The notes under the pieces: model-generated | Databases searched by the model: none | Seen by the model: the letters and a program-made list of their open reading frames with translations, nothing else | Told to the model about the DNA's origin: nothing | Program-made: the position numbers and the translations under genes | DNA from: Amoebidium appalachense | Lineage: Eukaryota; Protista; Ichthyosporea | DNA: 64,000 nt | Assembly: GCA_963693365.1 (NCBI GenBank) | Contig: CAVNZM010000008.1 | Coordinates: forward strand, 6,396,830 to 6,460,829 | Reading direction: 5' to 3' | In this document: one piece after another, positions 13,349 through 64,000 of the stretch | Layout of the letters: every line of letters begins with the position of its first letter | Position numbering within the stretch: position 1 is the first letter of the stretch

Positions 13349-14018
13349 TTCCCCCAACCCCATTTCCCCCCCCCCCCCTCCCCTTCCGCCCTCCTTCCCC
13401 TCCCTCCCCAGCCTCCCCATCTCCCCCATCCCTGCCCTCGAACTCGGTTTTTCCACCCCATTCTTAAGAATAGTCTTACCCCAGGCATATTCAACCTTAA
13501 TACTGTATGCTCAGTGCATTTCTTCTCTGCATCTCCGTTCCTCCAGGCTTCCCCAGGACATGCACACTCCCCCATCCACACACACCATATACCAAAAGGT
13601 TTTATCGTTGATTAGAGCCGCACCCACCCCACCACTCTCCCCCGATTCTTTTGAAAACCCCGCCGCCCGGCCGCTCCTCCAATATTAGTTGTGAGAAAAA
13701 AAAGGGCGGGAAGCGATGAATGATGGAAGGTTTGGGGTGAGGTGGTGTTGGGTGTACATTGGGTGGGCCGGGGGGGGGGGGGAGTGGGGGATCCGGAGGG
13801 AGGGGAGGGGCAGGAGAGGGACAGCCTTCCAAGCCAACAAGAGGGAAAAAAATGGCACTATATATGCAGGGTGGAAAGCTCGAATGGAGTAAGTAGCATA
13901 TTCAAGCAGCACACCGGGTCCCGTCGTTCCAAGAACTTGAGATTGGTAGGCTTCAAGATCATGTGATACTTCAGTAGTAGTGTTTGATTTGTTTATTATT
14001 GTTTGTTTTTTTTGTTTT

Positions 14019-14051
<33 letters not shown>

Positions 14052-15442
14052 GAGGGAGGGCGGGGGGGGGGGGAGGGGGGGGGGGGGAGGGGGGTAAGGG
14101 GAGAGTACATGCTTCGACACCACCCACGGGCACCACTGGGCCGCCAGTCCGTCAGTGGGCCGGGAGATGGCTATTATGGGCTTCTCTTTTTACCCCTCGG
14201 AGGAGCTGGATGTGGGGGCGGACCCAACCGTGCACCCCTGGGGTTAGCGTTTTGGTGGTGGTGGTGGTGGTTATGGTGGTGGTGGTCGTGGTGGTGTATG
14301 TGTGTGTGTGTGTGTGTGTGGAGGGGGGGGGGGGGGGGGGGGGATGGGGGGGGGGGGGGGGGGGGGGGGGGGAGGGGGGGAAGGGCAGGGGACATCACCA
14401 CCCCAGCCTCGGGCAGGTGGGTTTCTCTCTCGCCTGGGCCGGATTCCGAAGGGAGGGGGGAGCCGAGTGAGGGGTTCAGCCTTAGGGGTTAGGGAGGAAC
14501 ATTGGGAACTTCGATATTTTATCATGGCATTCCAGGATTACCTCCCCAGTACTCCCCTCCTCCCTCCCCTCCCCCCCCCCTCCCCCCCCCCCTCTCCGAG
14601 TCACTCCTCCCCCTCCCACCCCCCCCCCTCCCCCCTCCCCCAACCTTTCCCCCCCACACACACTCCCCTTTCCCCTCCCCATCCCCCAACTAGCCAAAAA
14701 GATTTAGGTATAACTAAAAAGTGGGTACCTATGGAGGCCATCCGCGATTAACGGACAGAAAGGAGCAATCAGTGCCGGTTTTGGGGCAGGAGCAGTCCCC
14801 CTGGCCAGGTTCCGGCCCGGGGACTCCCGAGGTTTGAGAAATAGAAGCGAATGGAACAAAACCGCAGCGAGCCAAATTAGGTTCTGTATAAAAATCCCTT
14901 GTTTGATTGGTGATCCACTGACCACAAAGAGGTGATTGGTGTAGATAACGGTAATTCTTCATCTTAGGAATGTCCGGTACGCTCGAGCTCTGCTCCGTTG
15001 TGGCAGTGGCACAGCCTGCCTGAATCCCACAGCTGGCCAGAATCGGCGTATCTTCGCCTGGTATAGTGTCCTGAGGCTCATTTGCGTTGCCCCTTTTCCC
15101 AGCTATGGTGTTTGTTTGTAACCCGGGGGTAAGTCTTACAAAGCAACTCAGTGCTTCTTGATCAAATGCTTGCAGAGTTTTCCAAAGCTGTAAAGGACAT
15201 CAATACAGGACAATACAAGTGAACAACAAGTATTCCATATAATATACATGTCAAGTGTTTCGCTGCCAATGTGAAGCTGTTAGGTTCAGTTCGTCCACAC
15301 CCCATCCCCACTTCGACATCGCACCCAAAACACCCATGAGCTAGACCACATTCGCACCTCACCTGTTGGAAGGTAGTGAAAGAACAAAACAAAGAGCTAT
15401 CATTAGGAAAATATACGTTCGCACGGCTGTGCACTCGTCATC

Positions 15443-25086
<9,644 letters not shown>

Positions 25087-25145
25087 GCGGGGAGACAAAG
25101 GGCTTTGCTATGATTCTGCTTGAGATTTGGGGGGTTTTACCCCCC

Positions 25146-25176
<31 letters not shown>

Positions 25177-26402
25177 AAAAAAAAAAAAAAAAAACGAAAG
25201 AAAGGAGAAAAACATTGAAAAAAAGAAAATAATAGAATAGAATAGAAAACCCTTTCCACTCTCCTATGGGGTCGAAACCTACCCACCGGGCCACAAGTTG
25301 GAGTTGCAAGGCTTTTTTTTTTTCTTCTAAAGACCAATTTAGATTTACTAATTGAGAATCTCAATGTGTTTGCTTCGCTCTAGGGAGATCTAGCCAGCCG
25401 AACTGGCGAAATGAAGGACTGAGTGATCGGCGGTCATATACCAAATCCTGTTTATAATGCTTAAAATCAATAATTTGAATAGAAAAGGGGTTTTGCTCCA
25501 TTAATAAATAACTTGATAGACAAAGCGACAAGCAATTCTTGTATAAGCAACTTTTGGCGCAACCAATCACAAGATTCGAATTGTTCCGGTGAGCCATATA
25601 AGGTTAGGCAGAGTTTGAAAAAAAAACATTTCTAAACCGGTCTAAAACTAATGGATGGTATTGATCTGGTGTTTCGCGAATTATGATGTTTTAAGGGGCA
25701 TATGAATATATTTCCCACAGTCTGATGGTTGTTAAAGATTGGGTCGATGTTCCATATTACAATGCCTGACGTGTTTATATCTACGCGGCAAGTGGGCACC
25801 CATTTACAACACACTAACTCGAGCTAATATTAGTTCTTGATCGTGTTCTTCTGTATTTAATATTATAATACCACTTTAAAATGTTTAAGTTACTGATTAT
25901 ATGATGTACGGTTTTAATGGTCACGTGCACCAATTTGGGTAGGAATTACAGCGCCTATCTCGCTGTGTCTGTGGCAACTGTACTAAATATCCATTTTTAG
26001 CCCTGTATGATGCCCTGGTCTAAATAAGATTCATTAAAAAAGGAAAAATAAATAATTAAAGAATTACAGCCGCAACAGGACTTACTCCTACATAATGTTT
26101 TTACAAATATTGAGTTTTAATAAATAACCCTCTCAACCGTTGATCAGTATGAAGGCATGTATGTGCTTGCATGTGCGTGTATGCTTCACGCATGCGAGCG
26201 TGCGCGCATGTTATTGTGTACGTTTATGTATGGAGCATGTGTGGGCAAGTGTGCCATGTACAGTGTGCGTGTGTGTGTGTGTGTGTGTGTGCGTGTGTGT
26301 GCATATATGTTTATGTGTGCGCTCACACGTGTTTGCCCACGTGCATGCTGTGTATGCTTGTATGTAGGGAGCCAGGGGCAAGGGAGAAGGAGGAGGAGGA
26401 GG

Positions 26403-26438
<36 letters not shown>

Positions 26439-26581
26439 CTCGGAGAATTACTAATTAGACAGGGCCAGTCCATTTAGTTAATTAAGGGGCCCGAAGGCGC
26501 CGGGACAAGTAGGAGCTCAAAAACACAGCGAACCACTAACATTAAGTGTTGTGTGATAAGATTTATCCATTACATAATAGG

Positions 26582-26620
26582 AGGGGTTTACGACGTTCAC
26601 TCGAGGCACAGAGAGACCAG
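26582..26620 (-). repeat. Short dispersed repeat, inverted partial copy of 88-153
   Basis: AGGGGTTTACGACGTTCACTCGAGGCACAGAGAGACCAG. Confidence 0.6.
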
Positions 26621-26886
26621 CTGCAGTCTCCGCTAATACTATAAAAAGTTGTTATGTACACTATGTAGACTTTCAGGAGAGATTAATTCCGGAAGTAAGG
26701 AATATTAGATGTCATTCGTAAATGTATAAAAGCGCCAGTCTTGTGATCATGGAGTACAAGTTTACATACATTTTTACATATCCACACAGATAAATTCAAC
26801 ATCGCTCATTCCAGATACATTCACAAGTTGCCCATACTATTTACCAAATTCACATTGACCCCCCCCCCCCCCCCCCTCCCCCCCCT

Positions 26887-26951
<65 letters not shown>

Positions 26952-26988
26952 CGCACACACGCACACACGCACACACGCACACACGCAC

Positions 26989-27035
<47 letters not shown>

Positions 27036-27242
27036 TACCATATTCTCAATACGGGTGGAGTGCCTATAAAACGGTCATTTCGTCCCAATAACACCATCTT
27101 AATTTTACTTAAATTTACGGTGTACTTGATCGACTAAATCTAGCCTTGAAACATCATTTCTCTGCAATCCACATATCCCCATCTCCTCTTTCCAAAGCTC
27201 TTTCTTCGCATTTCTGGTTCTCGGAGGCACATCATTCGATTT

Positions 27243-27420
27243 TAAGGGCATATGTGGATGCATATGTGGATGATATCTATAAGGTATATTTGACTGATAT
27301 TTAAAAGGTATATCTGTATAATAAATATAAGGTATCTCTGTATGATATTCATAAGGCATAATATCTGGATGATATTCACAAGGTATATCCGGTTAATAAT
27401 ACAAGGTATATTTGGACCAT
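27243..27420. repeat. Degenerate ~24-bp AT-rich tandem repeat (~7 units)
   Basis: AAGG(T/C)ATAT..G..TGATAT recurs about every 24 nt. Confidence 0.65.
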
Positions 27421-27600
27421 GATTATTGGCTACAATATATCGATGACGATTAAGAGACATGTCTCACCCATGCCATCATTAGGACTACAACTTTTTGCTA
27501 TTACATCTGAATAATTGGGTATCACAAGATATATCTCGGTTATATTCATATCATACGGTAATAATATCTGATTCATGATTAAATATAAGACGTATATTTG

Positions 27601-46640
<19,040 letters not shown>

Positions 46641-47035
46641 TGCCTCTGAATCGAATCAACTTAGACTTATACTATAGGTGATGTCTGGAGCTCAAAAGTG
46701 ACAACCTTATGACGTGTTGGTACTGCCTCCGTGAATACTGGATTTCCATAGGCCCAAAAGCACCTTCTCTTTTGGTTCGTTATAGCTAGCGTAATATGAC
46801 GAAGAGAAGAGAGAAAATCCAGACATCAGACTCCGGAATAAAGCAAAACAAACATAAAAAAACTACCAGAAAACATGAGAAAGGAGAAGGTAAAGGTGTG
46901 TGTTCGGTCACTTCTGTAACGCCCGCTTCTACACGCCAGAGGGTGACTCTCACACCCTTTAAAAATAACAAGAACACATTGATCGGCCGTATCCCAGTAA
47001 CCGCTAAAACGAGAATATTACCGGGGCTGCACAGA

Positions 47036-47770
47036 CTAACTCGACTTGAGAGCGCGCGCACAAGGAATTATGCACGCCGGGCTTGGCTTTCTCGTGTTTT
47101 GTGCATGTCGAGGGTGCTCAGGGCTTGAAAGGAGCTTAAAAACATTATTCGTAAATTCCAGCGTTTTGCCAAGTTTCGCTTCTAAATATTTTTTCTTTTG
47201 ACTGGATTTATTCGACGGAAAGATATGACAAGTATGCATGGCATACTGAGAAGACAATAAAAAACTTCACGAGTTATCCAGTAACAAGTGCATACTGAGA
47301 TACCTGAACACTGTGTGAAAATCATATAAATACTCAATGTGACGACCAACAGAATTCAACAAAAAGTCTAAAGTGTTCACATTGCCAGCTAGTGTAGCAG
47401 ATACCCGGAGGGAAAGAGGTAAAACGCGACATAAAAATTCACACCTATCAACATGCTTACGATTAAAAAGGTCAGCACAAAAGTGGCACCAGCGGCGATG
47501 AAAACAAGAATTACAGTGCCACTGCACAACTTCCCAGGCAATATCAACATCAGAGCACCATACAGACTTATCTACTAGGGTGGTATCCATACTTCTAAAT
47601 AAGGGGGCTTTTGTTTTAAACGGCGCGTTTGAGCCCCCTATAATCTAGATTCGGATATTATTTTCCTGAGCTTTTCTCCTGCGGTAGAGAATAACAGCCC
47701 CTGGTTTCCTTAACAGGGCTTCGTATTCTCTATCGAGTGCACTGCAAAGAGTCCGGCTACTTCTCTTGAC
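47036..47770 (-). pseudogene. Possible decayed intronless coding sequence of unknown family
   Basis: The frame of ORF 47267-47590 stays open upstream to ~47770 apart from one TAG near 47646, and ORF 47036-47257 follows in another frame; region has no microsatellites. No motif recognised. Confidence 0.3.
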
Positions 47771-48137
47771 AAACAACCCCTTTTAATTATTAAATCCCAT
47801 ACTTACTTTTAAACTTGGCTTATTGCACTTCTTCTAAGAATGAATAATCCTCCACCTAACTTGTTACTTGGCTTTCTGCTGAATGGTGTATACGACACTT
47901 TTGGGCCAGGCAGATGCAAACCCTGAAGGCGGAAGCCGCGCCGATCCCCTGATACCCCAAACATGGACCTGCTTGTTTACAAGCAAATAGAAATCGGTAA
48001 ATGACATATACATATATATAGGACTGAATATTCTCTTACATAAAAAAAAAGGATTATTTTAAAAAAATAATTGTTATATAGTATACCAGAGACATTCGCA
48101 CATTACAAGGTGAACGCGCATGCCTCGCAATGAATTT

Positions 48138-48188
48138 TATTTTCGTTTGACTGATAGACTGAATCAGTCCATCAGTCAAACGAAAATA
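48138..48188. other. Near-perfect 25-bp palindrome/hairpin
   Basis: TATTTTCGTTTGACTGATAGACTGA-A-TCAGTCCATCAGTCAAACGAAAATA, one mismatch. Confidence 0.85.
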
Positions 48189-49396
48189 TATATTTAAAAA
48201 ATGACTGACTGATTGAAATTATGGAAGGTCGTTTGCGAACACTGAGGGTGGCCTTTCAAAACATATCAGGTCACAGCCTACCAACATACAATACGTGCGA
48301 TGTACATAGACTACGTAGCGATGATGTGCAATCATTTTCATAATAGTTTATTGGCAATATAACCTTTTTATTACGGTCTCCATTAGGTAGGTTCTCCCCT
48401 GAGCACGGTGAACAAATGATATGATCTAAGCACGTTTTGATTGGTTTACCGAAGTTCCGAACGATGTATGCGGCGCGAGCGGCGCGCACGTGGGAGGCTC
48501 CCCCTCCCCGGGCCCCTCGAGACCCTTCCGAAAGTCCCCTCCTCTTCCCACCCTCCAACCCTCCCCGCCAGCCCGTACAAAAACACAGACACATGATCGT
48601 TCACTTCTCCACACACATACAGTATACACATGCCGTAATGCCAGAAAGTACAAAACTGGTTGAACGTGTGTGTATACGTGAGTGGGCGGCGGGCGGCCCG
48701 GGCCGCGTGGGCAGGCTACTGTACATCTTTTAAAACAGCCAATGAAACAAGCTGCCTCAGATTGTCGAAATAATCTTGTCAGGGTGTGCAATTAGCGCTC
48801 GATGGATTGAATTATTGCTCTGGCCATCACTAAGTGGCGTCATGAGCGTTTTCATGAGGGGATGTTATTGAAATTTGCTCTGCCACAAAAACAATATTAT
48901 TATTACAAGTGAACTACGCATAAAAACTGGGGATCATTTCCGGGCTCAGTTAGCATCAGGAGTCAGGAGTCAGGTCTAACTCAGTTTCAGGGGTTTTTGA
49001 TGATTGACTGAAGCCTTCGAACCCTTCATATCAGGGCATACCACGCATACCAGGCTAAAAACACATGCGGCATCCTCAAGCTTGAGCCGCTAGACTGATG
49101 ATGTGATATCCATTTCATGCATGACCTCTAATAAAAACATTGCGCCTGCAACAGTGCCTGCAATGTAAATATGCTACATACTAGTTATCTTATTACTACA
49201 TACTCGTAATCAAAGCCTTCTAAGGATGCCTTGATAGTAACATAGCACTGCTGACGTCATGTGCACGTACGTGCCCCGGGCTGCATTCCAAGATGCTTGT
49301 GTGTCCAAGATGAGAGGCGATTCAGGGAGCTGAAACTGCCAGAGCAACATGACATGTCCCCAGGCTGCTGAGACTCAGACTGAGAGCGCTAGCGAG

Positions 49397-50197
<801 letters not shown>

Positions 50198-50805
50198 CCA
50201 AAAAGAATACCGCCTTGGTGGGCGAAAACTTCGGGGACTCTTTTTAATACCCATGTGAGTTGCGCACATGCAGGGGGGGGGGGGGGGGGGGGACACCACC
50301 CCACTCGGCGCCAGGTGGGTCCCTCCCCCCCAAAGAAGTGGGGGGGGGGGGGGGGGGTACCACCAGAGGACATCGATTTTCACAACTCAATCCCCCCTCA
50401 AAATTTCATATTCAAAATTCCCTCAGGCTAGAGAGACGAGGGATCGAGTTTAATGAAGAGTTAGCAAGCATGGTAGAGCCTGAGTTCCTGCTGCCTGCGG
50501 CAGGACTGCAGCACAGGACTGCAGCAGTATGTACTGAATTTAGGGCCCGCGCAAGAGACGCCCAGACAGTCTGCCGAGCTTCTTGCACTAGGTACTAACG
50601 AAGTTAAACAGTGCACAATCAATTACATGTATCCAAGTGGTTATTTGTTCTTTATTTGCCATCATCAAGTGGTTTTTCGCTGTCTATTTGCCATCCTCCT
50701 TAATTTCAATAAAATTATATTCAATGTTGTATGTATATACTTACGTACTTATAGACGCCTTCGTCCGGTCATATGTTCACACTCCTACTCAAGGATTCAT
50801 CCACG

Positions 50806-50841
<36 letters not shown>

Positions 50842-51333
50842 GGAAAAAAAAAAAAAGGGGGGGGGGGGGGGGGGAAGGGAAGCCAAGATCACAACACGAA
50901 ACAGAACTCACGAGTCATATATCTATGTGCCTAAGGACCTAATAGTGTGACTACAGAGTACAACCATATGTCCAGAAAACAGGTTAAATCCACAAAGCAT
51001 CAGCCTTCCTCTTTTTTTAACCCCTCCGGCGCCAATTCAACCCATAACCGTTAACCGTCTCATTTGCAATGCCATAGTTCTGAATTGATGTTCTCCATTG
51101 TCCATTGCAACCATGTTGAGCCAACGGATAAAAATATCGACATGCCCTCAAAATAGTGTCTAGAAGGCATTTACTTGCTTCTTTCACGACCACACGATTA
51201 CAAAATCATCATTAGACCCCCCCCTCCCCCCCCCCCCCACCCCCCTCCCCCTTCCTTCTCTCCCTCCAACCCAAACAGTAATAGAAGAAAAGAACGGAAA
51301 AGAAGAAGAAATTCCTTCCACGGACTGGTGTGC

Positions 51334-63918
<12,585 letters not shown>

Positions 63919-64000
63919 GTTTTGTGGCTATGGCTCCAGTATACAGAGTTGGTATATGTGTGTGAAAGGAAGGTACATTGAGCGAACTAGCCTAAGTTGT

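Overview
Eukaryotic, intron-dense genomic DNA. The gene set (Mlx/Mondo, ERGIC-53, TMEM181-like) and the (CA)n/(G)n/(C)n-saturated introns suggest a unicellular holozoan such as a choanoflagellate (inference). Almost all supplied ORFs are microsatellite artefacts. By hand-splicing GT-AG exons with consistent phase I recover four genes: (1) an Mlx/Mondo-family bHLH-ZIP factor (+, 3080-8839); (2) a type-I membrane protein with an atypical thioredoxin-like domain and furin-like Cys-rich repeats (+, ~15443-25086); (3) a 28-exon gene fusing an 8-TM TMEM181/Wntless-like domain to an intact class-3 lipase (-, 27601-46640); (4) LMAN1/ERGIC-53 (-, 51334-63918). The most striking non-coding signal is a dispersed family of about 12 copies of a structured element up to ~290 nt long. 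Copies share a 3' end at a C-run, are variably 5'-truncated, sometimes stack head-to-tail, and every copy I found lies in an intron in the sense orientation of its host gene. Also present: nested inverted repeats around phase-symmetric exons, a ~620 bp MITE and several tandem repeats. All gene models are manual and lack transcript support.
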